Shown in pieces: positions 21,475-33,208 of a DNA stretch of 64,000 nucleotides (positions within the stretch are counted from its first letter, which is position 1; each line of letters begins with the position of its first letter). The translations under genes were made by a program, and so were the position numbers. The notes beneath the pieces were generated by a model. The model was not told the origin of the DNA. It saw only the letters and a list, made by a program, of their open reading frames with translations, and ran no database searches. The stretch is from Escherichia coli (GTDB taxonomy: Bacteria > Pseudomonadota > Gammaproteobacteria > Enterobacterales > Enterobacteriaceae). The stretch lies in NCBI RefSeq assembly GCF_044324875.1, contig NZ_CP172185.1. One strand, given 5' to 3'.

Positions 21475-22130
21475 TTCTCACCTAATGTGTAGCCAATACC
21501 ATGAACGGTACGAATAAAATCACTGCCGAGTTTGCGTCGCAGATGATGCACATGCACTTCAACGGCATTACTGGTGACCTCTTCGTCCCAGGTATACAGT
21601 TTCTCTTCAATCAGTTTGCGCGGCAGTACCCGACCAGCGTTACGCATCAGTAATTCCAGCAGGGCAAATTCTTTTGGTTTCAGAGTTAAGGGTTCGCCAG
21701 CCAGCGTGGCGATACGTTTGCCGGGGTCGAGCATGACGTTACCGTGGCGCAGTTCGTTGCTGGCCTGGCCGTTGGTTCGGCGCATCAGAGCTTCCAGCCT
21801 GGCGGCGACTTCTATCAACGCAAAAGGTTTACACAGATAATCGTCAGCTCCCAGACGCAGCCCCTCTACACGTTCCGCTAACGCATCGCGCGCGGTCAGG
21901 ATCAGTACCGGCTCACGCTGACCTTTTTCTCGCCATTCGCGCAAAATATCGCGACCATCCATGCCTGGTAAGGTTAAATCCAGGATCACCGCATCATAAG
22001 GCGCACTATATAGCGCCTCTTTTCCCTGACGACCTTGTGTAAACCAGTCGACGCTAAAACCCATTTTACTAAGGCCCGTTTTGATGCCGTCGCCAATCAG
22101 CATGTCATCTTCTATCAGTAAAATTCGCAT
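21471..22130 (-). CDS. qseB: Response regulator QseB (OmpR family)
   Basis: 219-aa ORF with receiver domain (MRILLIEDD...) and winged-helix C-terminus. Confidence 0.95.
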   Translation of the reverse strand: MRILLIEDDMLIGDGIKTGLSKMGFSVDWFTQGRQGKEALYSAPYDAVILDLTLPGMDGRDILREWREKGQREPVLILTARDALAERVEGLRLGADDYLCKPFALIEVAARLEALMRRTNGQASNELRHGNVMLDPGKRIATLAGEPLTLKPKEFALLELLMRNAGRVLPRKLIEEKLYTWDEEVTSNAVEVHVHHLRRKLGSDFIRTVHGIGYTLGEK

Positions 22131-22281
22131 TTTTTCATCCCTGCGATAACCGTATTTGCTGCCAGTAAACCGTGTTGTAACGAGCTCTGTACAGCATTAA
22201 ATTTTATTTTTTTCCCTTAAGAAGTTGTTAAGGACTATCTTGTTAAATGCTCGGAAACAGACATTAAAGGGAGTAATAAAC

Positions 22282-22674
22282 ATGAAAAAATTCGCAGCAG
22301 TAATCGCAGTAATGGCCCTGTGCAGCGCACCGGTGATGGCAGCAGAGCAGGGCGGTTTTTCTGGCCCATCGGCAACGCAAAGTCAGGCCGGAGGATTCCA
22401 GGGGCCGAACGGCAGCGTAACGACCGTAGAAAGCGCAAAATCCCTGCGTGACGACACCTGGGTAACCCTGCGCGGCAATATCGTTGAACGCATCTCTGAC
22501 GATCTCTACGTGTTCAAAGATGCCAGCGGTACTATCAATGTTGATATCGACCACAAACGCTGGAACGGCGTGACGGTGACGCCGAAAGATACGGTTGAGA
22601 TTCAGGGTGAAGTCGATAAAGACTGGAATTCTGTTGAAATTGACGTCAAACAGATCCGCAAAGTAAATCCGTAA
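22282..22674 (+). CDS. ygiW: Periplasmic OB-fold stress protein YgiW
   Basis: ORF 22225..22674 trimmed to MKKFAAVIAVMALCSAPVMA (signal peptide, RBS aaggga); 130 aa. Confidence 0.9.
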   Translation: MKKFAAVIAVMALCSAPVMAAEQGGFSGPSATQSQAGGFQGPNGSVTTVESAKSLRDDTWVTLRGNIVERISDDLYVFKDASGTINVDIDHKRWNGVTVTPKDTVEIQGEVDKDWNSVEIDVKQIRKVNP

Positions 22675-22726
22675 TTGTTACCGCTCCCGGGACACATTCC
22701 CGGGAATAATTTCGCAGGGAGGCAAA

Positions 22727-23209
22727 ATGACAAACCTGACACTGGATGTAAATATTATCGATTTCCCATCAATCCCTGTGGCGATGTTGCCGCACCGCTG
22801 TAGCCCTGAGTTGCTCAACTACAGCGTGGCGAAATTTATCATGTGGCGTAAAGAGACGGGGCTTTCTCCTGTTAACCAAAGCCAGACTTTTGGCGTCGCC
22901 TGGGATGACCCTGCCACCACCGCACCGGAAGCGTTTCGCTTTGATATCTGCGGCAGCGTTAGCGAACCGATCCCCGATAATCGTTATGGTGTGAGTAATG
23001 GTGAACTTACCGGTGGACGTTATGCTGTGGCCCGCCATGTTGGCGAGCTGGACGATATTTCACACACGATATGGGGCATCATTCGCCACTGGCTACCTGC
23101 AAGCGGCGAGAAAATGCGTAAAGCACCGATTCTGTTTCACTACACCAATCTTGCCGAAGGGATGACAGAGCAGCGACTGGAAACAGATGTTTATGTGCCG
23201 TTGGCGTGA
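22727..23209 (+). CDS. ygiV: GyrI-like small-molecule-binding protein YgiV
   Basis: 160-aa ORF following ygiW after a short palindromic spacer. Confidence 0.8.
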   Translation: MTNLTLDVNIIDFPSIPVAMLPHRCSPELLNYSVAKFIMWRKETGLSPVNQSQTFGVAWDDPATTAPEAFRFDICGSVSEPIPDNRYGVSNGELTGGRYAVARHVGELDDISHTIWGIIRHWLPASGEKMRKAPILFHYTNLAEGMTEQRLETDVYVPLA

Positions 23210-23754
23210 TGAAGAATCTTTACCGGAGTGTGAGCCAAATCACTCGCGATAAGTTTGAGCGAATAATGCCACAGGCGTATTGTTGTTGGGCTTATAATTT
23301 CTCCGGTAAGGAATACCATGTATACGCGAAATTTATTATCCGGTGCGCCGTAAGCCGTCTCGAGGGTACCCATGAGCAGGCCGCACTTATGGCAGGAGGC
23401 GCGGGGCACAGGTGGAGACACTGCTAAGCTGGGCTGAACCGTATACTTACAGACGACTACTTTGATGCTTTAGGCTTCCCTGGACTCGCATAACCTCAAC
23501 TTCTCGAATCGCCCGGTGCGGACCCGCATGCCGAGTGGTGTGGCATGGGCGCAACCTTGTGTTGCCCCCTATGCCGATCAAGTCTACAGCAAAGAGTTGT
23601 ATATCAAGACACATTGATGTCTTTATCGCCGTCGGAGCACGTCCGGCGGCGCTATTCACGCTGATCTCCTGTGACTCGACGCGGCAGATAATGTAGTATC
23701 TCCGGCAATATTGCCCCTTTGAAGGCTGGCGAATAAGTTGAGGAATCAGAATTA

Positions 23755-26013
23755 ATGAGCGATATGGCAGAGCGCCTTGCGCTACATGAATTTACGGAAA
23801 ACGCCTACTTAAACTACTCCATGTACGTGATCATGGACCGCGCGTTGCCGTTTATTGGTGATGGTCTGAAACCTGTTCAGCGCCGCATTGTGTATGCGAT
23901 GTCTGAGCTGGGCCTGAATGCCAGCGCCAAATTTAAAAAATCGGCCCGTACCGTCGGTGACGTACTGGGTAAATACCATCCGCACGGCGATAGCGCTTGT
24001 TATGAAGCGATGGTCCTGATGGCGCAGCCGTTCTCTTACCGTTATCCGCTGGTTGATGGTCAGGGGAACTGGGGCGCGCCGGACGATCCGAAATCGTTCG
24101 CAGCAATGCGTTACACCGAATCCCGGTTGTCGAAATATTCCGAGCTGCTATTGAGCGAGCTGGGGCAGGGGACGGCTGACTGGGTGCCAAACTTCGACGG
24201 CACTTTGCAGGAGCCGAAAATGCTACCTGCCCGTCTGCCAAACATTTTGCTTAACGGCACCACCGGTATTGCCGTCGGCATGGCGACCGATATTCCACCG
24301 CATAACCTGCGTGAAGTGGCTCAGGCGGCAATCGCATTAATCGACCAGCCGAAAACCACGCTCGACCAGCTGCTGGATATCGTGCAGGGGCCGGATTATC
24401 CGACTGAAGCGGAAATTATCACTTCGCGCGCCGAGATCCGTAAAATCTACGAGAACGGACGTGGTTCAGTGCGTATGCGCGCGGTTTGGAAGAAAGAAGA
24501 TGGCGCGGTGGTTATCAGCGCATTGCCGCATCAGGTTTCAGGTGCGCGCGTACTGGAGCAAATTGCTGCGCAAATGCGCAACAAAAAGCTGCCGATGGTT
24601 GACGATCTGCGCGATGAATCTGACCACGAGAACCCGACCCGTCTGGTGATTGTGCCGCGTTCCAACCGCGTGGATATGGATCAGGTGATGAACCACCTCT
24701 TCGCAACCACCGATCTGGAAAAGAGCTATCGTATTAACCTCAATATGATCGGTCTGGATGGTCGTCCGGCGGTGAAAAACCTGCTGGAAATCCTCTCCGA
24801 ATGGCTGGTGTTCCGCCGCGATACCGTGCGCCGCCGACTGAACTATCGTCTGGAGAAAGTCCTCAAGCGCCTGCATATCCTCGAAGGTTTGCTGGTGGCG
24901 TTTCTCAATATCGACGAAGTGATTGAGATCATTCGTAATGAAGATGAACCGAAACCGGCGCTGATGTCGCGGTTTGGCCTTACGGAAACCCAGGCGGAAG
25001 CGATCCTCGAACTGAAACTGCGTCATCTTGCCAAACTGGAAGAGATGAAGATTCGCGGTGAGCAGAGTGAGCTGGAAAAAGAGCGCGACCAGTTGCAGGG
25101 CATTTTGGCTTCCGAGCGTAAAATGAATAACCTGCTGAAGAAAGAACTGCAGGCAGACGCGCAAGCCTACGGTGACGAACGTCGTTCGCCGTTGCAGGAA
25201 CGCGAAGAAGCGAAAGCGATGAGCGAGCACGACATGCTGCCGTCTGAACCTGTCACCATTGTGCTGTCGCAGATGGGCTGGGTACGCAGCGCTAAAGGCC
25301 ATGATATCGACGCGCCGGGCCTGAATTATAAAGCGGGCGATAGCTTCAAAGCGGCGGTGAAAGGTAAGAGCAACCAACCGGTAGTGTTTGTTGATTCCAC
25401 CGGTCGTAGCTATGCCATCGACCCGATTACGCTGCCGTCGGCGCGTGGTCAGGGCGAGCCGCTCACCGGCAAATTAACGTTGCCGCCTGGAGCGACCGTT
25501 GACCATATGCTGATGGAAAGCGACGATCAGAAACTGCTGATGGCTTCCGATGCGGGTTACGGTTTCGTCTGCACCTTTAACGATCTGGTAGCGCGTAACC
25601 GTGCAGGTAAGGCTTTGATCACCTTACCGGAAAATGCCCATGTTATGCCGCCGGTGGTGATTGAAGATGCTTCCGATATGCTGCTGGCAATCACTCAGGT
25701 AGGCCGTATGTTGATGTTCCCGGTAAGCGATCTGCCGCAGCTGTCGAAGGGCAAAGGCAACAAGATTATCAACATTCCATCGGCAGAAGCCGCGCGTGGA
25801 GAAGATGGTCTGGCGCAACTGTACGTTCTGCCGCCGCAAAGCACGCTGACCATTCATGTTGGGAAACGCAAAATTAAACTGCGTCCGGAAGAGCTACAGA
25901 AAGTCACTGGCGAACGTGGACGCCGCGGTACGTTGATGCGCGGTTTGCAGCGTATCGATCGTGTTGAGATCGACTCTCCTCGCCGTGCCAGCAGCGGTGA
26001 TAGCGAAGAGTAA
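23755..26013 (+). CDS. parC: DNA topoisomerase IV subunit A
   Basis: 752-aa ORF; GyrA/ParC N-terminal catalytic region (active-site AAMRYTE region) and C-terminal beta-pinwheel. Confidence 0.95.
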
Positions 26014-26054
26014 TATGCCGGGGAGGGCGCTGTTTCCTCCCGCTTGCAAGGAAC

Positions 26055-26084
26055 GCCGGATGAAACGTTAAGTCGTCATCCGGC
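26055..26084 (+). terminator. REP-like stem-loop downstream of parC
   Basis: gccggatga ... tcatccggc inverted repeat about 40 nt after the parC stop. Confidence 0.35.
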
Positions 26085-26246
26085 AGCGTATTCAACCCCC
26101 GGAAACGATAAAAATTCCCTTGAAACCGTTGTTTATTCATGCGTTGCGATTAACAATACGCTTTTCCAGAGAGCGGCTTTTAACAATGCCCTAACCTGAT
26201 TTCAGGTGACGTACAATGCCAGTCTCTCAGACCTTCAGAGGGTGTT

Positions 26247-26984
26247 ATGCTATATATCTTTCGTCTTATTATTACCGTGATTTACAGCATCTTAGTCTGT
26301 GTATTCGGCTCCATTTACTGCCTTTTCAGCCCGCGTAACCCGAAACATGTGGCCACCTTTGGGCATATGTTTGGCCGTCTTGCGCCGCTTTTCGGCCTGA
26401 AAGTGGAGTGCCGCAAACCTGCAGACGCTGAAAGCTACGGCAATGCTATCTATATCGCTAACCACCAGAACAACTATGACATGGTGACAGCATCGAACAT
26501 TGTGCAACCGCCGACGGTGACGGTGGGGAAAAAGAGCTTGCTGTGGATCCCCTTCTTCGGGCAGTTGTACTGGTTAACCGGCAACCTATTGATCGACAGA
26601 AACAATCGCACTAAAGCTCACGGCACTATTGCGGAAGTCGTGAATCACTTCAAAAAACGCCGTATTTCCATCTGGATGTTCCCGGAAGGTACCCGCAGCC
26701 GTGGTCGCGGCCTGCTACCGTTCAAGACCGGGGCATTTCACGCGGCAATTGCGGCGGGCGTCCCGATTATTCCCGTGTGCGTCTCTACAACTTCGAATAA
26801 GATTAATCTTAATCGACTGCACAACGGTCTGGTGATTGTCGAAATGTTGCCGCCAATTGACGTCAGTCAGTATGGCAAAGATCAGGTTCGCGAGTTGGCT
26901 GCCCATTGTCGTTCGATAATGGAACAAAAAATCGCTGAGCTCGATAAAGAAGTCGCAGAGCGCGAAGCCGCCGGAAAAGTTTAA
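26247..26984 (+). CDS. plsC: 1-acyl-sn-glycerol-3-phosphate acyltransferase
   Basis: 245-aa ORF with acyltransferase HX4D motif (NHQNNYD) and PEGTR motif. Confidence 0.9.
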   Translation: MLYIFRLIITVIYSILVCVFGSIYCLFSPRNPKHVATFGHMFGRLAPLFGLKVECRKPADAESYGNAIYIANHQNNYDMVTASNIVQPPTVTVGKKSLLWIPFFGQLYWLTGNLLIDRNNRTKAHGTIAEVVNHFKKRRISIWMFPEGTRSRGRGLLPFKTGAFHAAIAAGVPIIPVCVSTTSNKINLNRLHNGLVIVEMLPPIDVSQYGKDQVRELAAHCRSIMEQKIAELDKEVAEREAAGKV

Positions 26985-27058
26985 GTCGGCAATCTGTATT
27001 TTTGCGGGGAACACTTTCCTGCACGGTATTACTTTAGCCAGTTTTACATGGAGCAAAT

Positions 27059-28471
27059 ATGTCACTCAGTCGGCGTCAGTTCATTCAGGCATCGGGGATT
27101 GCACTTTGTGCAGGCGCTGTTCCCCTGAAGGCCAGCGCAGCCGGGCAACAGCAACCGCTACCCGTTCCGCCGCTGCTTGAATCTCGCCGTGGGCAACCGC
27201 TGTTTATGACTGTACAACGTGCGCACTGGTCATTTACGCCAGGGACACGCGCGTCGGTTTGGGGAATCAATGGTCGTTACCTGGGGCCGACTATCCGCGT
27301 CTGGAAGGGCGACGATGTTAAGCTTATTTACAGCAACCGCCTGACAGAAAATGTCTCAATGACGGTGGCCGGGCTACAGGTACCTGGCCCGCTGATGGGC
27401 GGTCCGGCACGGATGATGTCGCCAAACGCTGACTGGGCACCCGTACTGCCTATTCGCCAGAACGCAGCTACTCTGTGGTATCACGCCAATACTCCCAACC
27501 GCACGGCTCAGCAGGTCTATAACGGCCTTGCCGGAATGTGGCTGGTGGAAGATGAAGTCAGCAAGTCGCTGCCTATCCCCAACCATTATGGTGTGGATGA
27601 TTTTCCGGTCATTATTCAGGATAAACGGCTGGATAACTTTGGTACGCCAGAATACAACGAACCGGGAAGCGGCGGCTTTGTTGGTGATACGCTGCTGGTT
27701 AACGGTGTACAAAGCCCGTACGTTGAAGTCTCGCGTGGCTGGGTGCGCTTGCGTCTGTTGAACGCGTCGAACTCTCGTCGCTATCAACTACAGATGAGCG
27801 ATGGTCGCCCGTTACATGTGATTTCTGGCGATCAGGGATTCCTGCCCGCTCCTGTATCGGTGAAGCAACTTTCGCTGGCACCGGGCGAGCGTCGTGAGAT
27901 TCTGGTGGATATGAGCAACGGTGATGAAGTGTCGATCACCTGTGGCGAAGCGGCGAGCATTGTTGATCGTATTCGTGGCTTCTTTGAGCCATCCAGCATT
28001 CTGGTTTCTACGCTGGTGCTAACGCTGCGCCCAACCGGCCTTCTGCCGCTGGTCACAGACAGTCTTCCGATGCGCTTGCTGCCAACTGAAATCATGGCTG
28101 GTTCGCCGATTCGCAGTCGTGATATCAGTCTGGGTGATGACCCGGGTATTAATGGACAACTGTGGGACGTTAACCGTATTGATGTCACCGCGCAGCAAGG
28201 AACGTGGGAACGCTGGACGGTACGCGCGGACGAGCCGCAAGCGTTCCATATTGAAGGTGTGATGTTCCAGATCCGTAACGTGAATGGCGCGATGCCGTTC
28301 CCGGAAGACAGAGGCTGGAAAGATACCGTTTGGGTTGACGGACAAGTGGAGCTGCTTGTTTATTTCGGTCAGCCTTCCTGGGCGCACTTCCCGTTCTACT
28401 TCAACAGTCAGACGCTGGAAATGGCGGACCGTGGCTCGATAGGGCAACTGTTGGTCAATCCGGTACCGTAA
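27059..28471 (+). CDS. ftsP: Cell division multicopper-oxidase-like protein FtsP (SufI)
   Basis: 470-aa ORF with twin-arginine signal (SRRQFIQASGIALCAGA); cupredoxin-like sequence. Confidence 0.9.
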   Translation: MSLSRRQFIQASGIALCAGAVPLKASAAGQQQPLPVPPLLESRRGQPLFMTVQRAHWSFTPGTRASVWGINGRYLGPTIRVWKGDDVKLIYSNRLTENVSMTVAGLQVPGPLMGGPARMMSPNADWAPVLPIRQNAATLWYHANTPNRTAQQVYNGLAGMWLVEDEVSKSLPIPNHYGVDDFPVIIQDKRLDNFGTPEYNEPGSGGFVGDTLLVNGVQSPYVEVSRGWVRLRLLNASNSRRYQLQMSDGRPLHVISGDQGFLPAPVSVKQLSLAPGERREILVDMSNGDEVSITCGEAASIVDRIRGFFEPSSILVSTLVLTLRPTGLLPLVTDSLPMRLLPTEIMAGSPIRSRDISLGDDPGINGQLWDVNRIDVTAQQGTWERWTVRADEPQAFHIEGVMFQIRNVNGAMPFPEDRGWKDTVWVDGQVELLVYFGQPSWAHFPFYFNSQTLEMADRGSIGQLLVNPVP

Positions 28472-28581
28472 TCTTCATACTCGCCCGAGGAGGGCGAGTA
28501 TGGAATACCTTTCGATTTCTCTTTCGTTCCGGCTTATAATCCCCGGCCTTTGATTATTTTTTTATCATTTCTGGAAGCAAA

Positions 28582-30801
28582 ATGAGCTCTATCTCCCTGA
28601 TCCAACCGGATCGCGACCTGTTCTCCTGGCCGCAGTACTGGGCCGCCTGTTTTGGACCGGCACCGTTTTTGCCGATGTCTCGTGAAGAGATGGATCAACT
28701 TGGCTGGGATAGCTGCGACATCATTTTGGTTACTGGCGACGCGTATGTCGATCACCCAAGCTTCGGGATGGCGATTTGCGGTCGTATGCTGGAAGCGCAG
28801 GGCTTTCGTGTCGGGATCATTGCCCAACCGGACTGGAGCAGCAAAGACGACTTTATGCGTCTGGGTAAACCGAATCTGTTTTTCGGTGTTACTGCTGGCA
28901 ACATGGACTCGATGATCAACCGCTATACCGCCGATCGCCGTTTACGTCATGACGATGCCTACACACCGGATAACGTCGCGGGTAAGCGCCCGGATCGCGC
29001 CACGCTAGTTTATACCCAGCGTTGTAAAGAGGCGTGGAAAGATGTGCCGGTGATCCTCGGCGGTATTGAGGCTAGTCTGCGCCGTACCGCGCATTATGAT
29101 TACTGGTCCGATACCGTGCGCCGTTCCGTGCTGGTGGATTCGAAAGCCGACATGCTGATGTTCGGTAACGGTGAGCGTCCGCTGGTGGAAGTGGCGCATC
29201 GTCTGGCGATGGGCGAGCCGATTAGTGAAATCCGCGATGTGCGTAATACCGCGATTATCGTAAAAGAGGCGTTGCCAGGCTGGAGCGGTGTGGATTCCAC
29301 CCGTCTTGATACCCCAGGGAAAATCGACCCAATCCCGCATCCGTATGGCGAAGATTTGCCCTGTGCGGATAACAAACCGGTGGCCCCGAAAAAGCAGGAA
29401 GCCAAAGCCGTAACCGTGCAGCCGCCGCGCCCGAAACCGTGGGAAAAAACCTACGTATTGCTGCCTTCTTTCGAGAAAGTGAAGGGCGATAAAGTGCTGT
29501 ACGCCCATGCTTCGCGTATTCTGCACCACGAAACCAACCCTGGCTGCGCCCGCGCATTGATGCAAAAACACGGCGACCGCTATGTGTGGATCAACCCGCC
29601 TGCTATCCCGCTTTCTACCGAAGAGATGGACAGCGTTTTTGCGCTGCCGTACAAGCGCGTGCCGCATCCGGCCTATGGCAATGCTCGTATTCCGGCTTAC
29701 GAAATGATCCGTTTCTCGGTCAACATTATGCGTGGCTGCTTTGGTGGCTGTTCTTTCTGTTCTATTACCGAGCATGAAGGGCGCATTATTCAGAGCCGTT
29801 CGGAAGATTCGATCATCAATGAGATCGAAGCGATCCGCGACACCGTTCCAGGTTTTACGGGCGTAATTTCCGATCTCGGTGGGCCAACTGCCAACATGTA
29901 TATGTTGCGCTGCAAATCGCCACGCGCTGAGCAAACCTGCCGTCGTTTGTCGTGCGTTTATCCGGATATTTGTCCGCACATGGACACGAACCACGAACCA
30001 ACGATCAACCTCTATCGCCGTGCGCGTGATCTGAAAGGCATTAAAAAGATCCTGATTGCCTCTGGTGTGCGTTATGACATCGCCGTGGAAGATCCGCGCT
30101 ATATCAAAGAACTGGCGACCCATCACGTCGGCGGTTATCTGAAGATTGCCCCGGAACATACCGAAGAAGGGCCGTTATCGAAGATGATGAAGCCGGGCAT
30201 GGGCAGCTATGATCGCTTTAAAGAGCTGTTCGATACCTACTCGAAACAGGCAGGTAAAGAGCAGTATTTGATCCCGTATTTCATCTCGGCACACCCCGGT
30301 ACGCGCGATGAAGATATGGTGAATCTGGCGCTGTGGCTGAAAAAGCACCGCTTCCGCCTCGACCAGGTACAGAACTTCTACCCGTCGCCGCTGGCTAACT
30401 CGACCACTATGTATTACACCGGCAAAAACCCGCTGGCGAAGATTGGTTATAAAAGTGAAGACGTCTTTGTACCGAAGGGCGACAAGCAGCGTCGCCTGCA
30501 TAAAGCGTTGTTGCGTTACCACGATCCGGCAAACTGGCCGTTAATCCGCCAGGCGCTAGAAGCGATGGGCAAAAAGCATCTGATTGGCAGCCGTCGCGAT
30601 TGCTTAGTGCCTGCGCCAACCATTGAAGAGATGCGTGAGGCTCGTCGCCAGAACCGCAATACCCGTCCGGCGTTGACTAAACATACGCCGATGGCGACCC
30701 AGCGTCAGACGCCTGCTACGGCAAAAAAAGCGTCGTCTACGCAATCTCGTCCGGTGAATGCTGGTGTGAAGAAACGCCCTAAAGCGGCGGTTGGACGTTA
30801 A
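28582..30801 (+). CDS. ygiQ: Radical SAM protein YgiQ (UPF0313)
   Basis: 739-aa ORF with a Cys-rich radical-SAM-type motif (CFGGCSFCS) and a Lys/Arg-rich C-terminal tail. Confidence 0.9.
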   Translation: MSSISLIQPDRDLFSWPQYWAACFGPAPFLPMSREEMDQLGWDSCDIILVTGDAYVDHPSFGMAICGRMLEAQGFRVGIIAQPDWSSKDDFMRLGKPNLFFGVTAGNMDSMINRYTADRRLRHDDAYTPDNVAGKRPDRATLVYTQRCKEAWKDVPVILGGIEASLRRTAHYDYWSDTVRRSVLVDSKADMLMFGNGERPLVEVAHRLAMGEPISEIRDVRNTAIIVKEALPGWSGVDSTRLDTPGKIDPIPHPYGEDLPCADNKPVAPKKQEAKAVTVQPPRPKPWEKTYVLLPSFEKVKGDKVLYAHASRILHHETNPGCARALMQKHGDRYVWINPPAIPLSTEEMDSVFALPYKRVPHPAYGNARIPAYEMIRFSVNIMRGCFGGCSFCSITEHEGRIIQSRSEDSIINEIEAIRDTVPGFTGVISDLGGPTANMYMLRCKSPRAEQTCRRLSCVYPDICPHMDTNHEPTINLYRRARDLKGIKKILIASGVRYDIAVEDPRYIKELATHHVGGYLKIAPEHTEEGPLSKMMKPGMGSYDRFKELFDTYSKQAGKEQYLIPYFISAHPGTRDEDMVNLALWLKKHRFRLDQVQNFYPSPLANSTTMYYTGKNPLAKIGYKSEDVFVPKGDKQRRLHKALLRYHDPANWPLIRQALEAMGKKHLIGSRRDCLVPAPTIEEMREARRQNRNTRPALTKHTPMATQRQTPATAKKASSTQSRPVNAGVKKRPKAAVGR

Positions 30802-30809
30802 AAAATATC

Positions 30810-30841
30810 CCCGGTAACAGAATGCTACCGGGAATTTTTTT
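30810..30841. terminator. Bidirectional terminator between ygiQ and yqhH
   Basis: cccggta-acagaatgc-taccggg hairpin followed by aattttttta. Confidence 0.55.
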
Positions 30842-30842
30842 A

Positions 30843-31100
30843 TCATTCTGCGTACATACGCAAGCAGCGCAGGCAATCAAAATAGTCCTGAGCATCAAGA
30901 CGCGTATTGGCTCTGTTAGCGTCGGATTTGGCAGCATAGATTTGTGGGCGTAATGCTTTCATATCCTGCTCAAGCCGGGCGATTTTGGCATTTAATGTTT
31001 GCACATTGCTCGCCAGCTGATTGACCTTTTGCTCATTGACGCAGCCACTGAGCAAGCAGGTTGCCAGAACAACAGCTCCCACGGTGAAAATCGTTTTCAT
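30843..31100 (-). CDS. yqhH: Lpp-like outer membrane lipoprotein YqhH
   Basis: 85-aa ORF with lipobox (LLSGC) and coiled-coil heptads resembling Braun lipoprotein. Confidence 0.75.
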   Translation of the reverse strand: MKTIFTVGAVVLATCLLSGCVNEQKVNQLASNVQTLNAKIARLEQDMKALRPQIYAAKSDANRANTRLDAQDYFDCLRCLRMYAE

Positions 31101-31150
31101 ATAGTGTTCCCTTTTATTTATTGTTCCGGCTAATTGTTATTTAATTCAGC

Positions 31151-32077
31151 TCATTGCTTTAATCTGGCGGCGGTTTTTGCCTCAATTTGCTTAAGTAGGC
31201 TGCCGCTGTTCGGGCGGATAAAATCAGCGATTTCCCACTTACCTTCGCGCCGCTGTAAAATCAGTTCTTGCTCTTCGTTGTTGCCATTGGTCAGCGTAAA
31301 ACGAACATGAATGCGGGCGGAATCGGCGGTTTTCTCCAGGACACGGATTTCATCAACGCGTGAAAATAGCGACTCTTCGCCAAAACAGATCGGATTGTCG
31401 TAAATAAATTGCCGTTCTATTTGCATATCTTCATCGGGATTGTTGGCAGTCTTGAAGGTGGTTTTATAGAAGGCATTGACCGCCTGGCGGTAAGAGTCGG
31501 AAACCACCCACGTCCACGGCCAGCTATAATCAGCAATATGTTCAAAGAGTTCGGCAACAAAGGCTTCCGGCTGTTCTTTTTGCAACGAAGCTATAGCGGC
31601 CAGCGTTTTTTCATTCTCGCTATTAACTGCTTGTAAGACGCTGCCATGATTGCTGACAATATCGTCAATGACCCAACGACCATTTTCCGCCACCATTTTC
31701 AGTGTCTGTGTGGTCTTTTCTTTATCGTCTTTAAAGATACGAAAGCGCACAACGGCATCGGCATGATCGGCGTCAGGTTGGGTTATCGCTACGCTTTCTA
31801 ACACCAGATCGCCAAAATCCTGACAATCACAAACCGGATCATAATCCAGCCAGCCAATATTGCCCGGTAGTGTAAGATTATCGTTCAGGGTAAGCGCCTG
31901 TTGAATACGCGCTGAAGTTATCGCCCGCTCTCCGGTTTCACCGAAATAAGGCGTACTGGCATCTGATTTATAGTTCTGATAAATCTGCCGGACTGTTTGT
32001 TCTACGGTCTGTGAAGGAGGCTGCGCGTGTACGGTAAAACTTGCCAGGGCTGCTAAAAACAGAAGTATTATTTTCAT
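31151..32077 (-). CDS. yqhG: DUF3828 periplasmic protein YqhG
   Basis: 308-aa ORF with signal peptide; conserved position between dkgA and yqhH. Confidence 0.8.
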   Translation of the reverse strand: MKIILLFLAALASFTVHAQPPSQTVEQTVRQIYQNYKSDASTPYFGETGERAITSARIQQALTLNDNLTLPGNIGWLDYDPVCDCQDFGDLVLESVAITQPDADHADAVVRFRIFKDDKEKTTQTLKMVAENGRWVIDDIVSNHGSVLQAVNSENEKTLAAIASLQKEQPEAFVAELFEHIADYSWPWTWVVSDSYRQAVNAFYKTTFKTANNPDEDMQIERQFIYDNPICFGEESLFSRVDEIRVLEKTADSARIHVRFTLTNGNNEEQELILQRREGKWEIADFIRPNSGSLLKQIEAKTAARLKQ

Positions 32078-32276
32078 CTGTTTTTCACCTCTCCGTTGCG
32101 TTTATCCCGGGTGTAGATGAGTTGTTCCTTTAAGAGCTTCCGGCTCTGCATGATGATGTCCTTATATTTGGCATTCCTGAACAAGGAAGAGTAACAATGG
32201 GCAGGACGCGAGGGGAATAAATGATTTCTGAAAAGTCCGGTAGCGGAACAATACCGCCACCGGGAGAATTTGCACG

Positions 32277-33104
32277 TTAGCCGCCAAACTGGTCAGGATC
32301 GGGACCGAGACGCTTGCCCTGATCGAGTTTTGCAATTTCGCCGAGTTCGTCTTTGTCGAGACGGAAATCCCAGACATCAAAGTTTTCGACAATGCGTGAA
32401 GGTGTGACCGATTTCGGGATCACCACCAGGCCGCTATCCAGATGCCAGCGGATAACAATCTGCGCCGGGGTTTTGCCGTATTTATCTGCCAGATCGCGAA
32501 TGACTTTCTGATCGAAAACGCCTTTCCCTCCTTGCGCTAATGGGCTCCAGGATTCGGTCTGGATTTTGTGTGTCGCGTTCCAGGCATGTAGCTGGCGTTG
32601 TTGCATCAGCGGGTGAAGTTCGATCTGATTAATAACAGGCGTCACGCCAGTTTCATCAATCAGGCGTTGCAGGTGATGGATCTGGAAGTTGCACACGCCG
32701 ATGCTTTTGATTAATCCCTCTTTTTGCAATTCGATCATGCCTTTCCATGCTTCGACATAATGGTCGATAGCGGGAACGGGCCAGTGCATTAAGTAGAGGT
32801 CGATATAATCAAGCTGGAGTTTTTTCAGGCTGTCGAGCAGGGCTTCGCGGGGGCGCTTGTGGTCGTCGTTCCACAGTTTAGTGGTGATGAACAGTTCTTC
32901 TCTGTTGACTGAGGCATTTTTCAGGGCTTTGCCGACACCTTCTTCGTTCTTATAGGCCGCGGCGGTATCAATCGAGCGATAACCCACGTCTAACGCTTTT
33001 TGAATGGCGGTGATTACTTCCTCATTACTTGCTTGCCAGACGCCCAGTCCCAGCTGGGGCATGACATTGCCATCCTGTAGCTTAATAACGGTTGGATTAG
33101 CCAT
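32277..33104 (-). CDS. dkgA: 2,5-diketo-D-gluconate reductase A (aldo-keto reductase)
   Basis: 275-aa ORF; aldo-keto reductase motifs; matches DkgA from recall. Confidence 0.9.
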   Translation of the reverse strand: MANPTVIKLQDGNVMPQLGLGVWQASNEEVITAIQKALDVGYRSIDTAAAYKNEEGVGKALKNASVNREELFITTKLWNDDHKRPREALLDSLKKLQLDYIDLYLMHWPVPAIDHYVEAWKGMIELQKEGLIKSIGVCNFQIHHLQRLIDETGVTPVINQIELHPLMQQRQLHAWNATHKIQTESWSPLAQGGKGVFDQKVIRDLADKYGKTPAQIVIRWHLDSGLVVIPKSVTPSRIVENFDVWDFRLDKDELGEIAKLDQGKRLGPDPDQFGG

Positions 33105-33208
33105 ACGTTCCTCCTTTATATGAACTCACCGGAGCAGGCTCCGGTGAGGTGTTGTGAACTTAAGTCTGGACGAAATGCCCGAAAACGAAAGTTTGAGGCG
33201 TAAAAAGC

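Noticed and set aside
23721-23737. IS5 terminal-repeat-like sequence (gaaggctggcgaataag) just upstream of parC
   Set aside because: Imperfect match with a 2-nt insertion relative to the IS5 end, with no transposase ORF, second repeat or target duplication nearby; probably chance resemblance. Kept only as a note in the mqsRA-absence finding.
24538-25377. 279-aa minus-strand ORF inside parC
   Set aside because: Antisense to an essential, well-conserved gene; composition (Arg/Phe/His-rich) typical of a non-coding frame.
28479-28501. 10-bp inverted repeat (atactcgccc/gggcgagtat) after ftsP
   Set aside because: No T-tract follows, so not called a terminator; could be a weak REP-like element, but the evidence is insufficient.
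29005-30159. 384-aa ORF on the minus strand inside ygiQ
   Set aside because: Entirely antisense to a well-supported 739-aa gene; His/Arg-rich, low-complexity translation typical of antisense frames in GC-rich genes; no RBS or start context.
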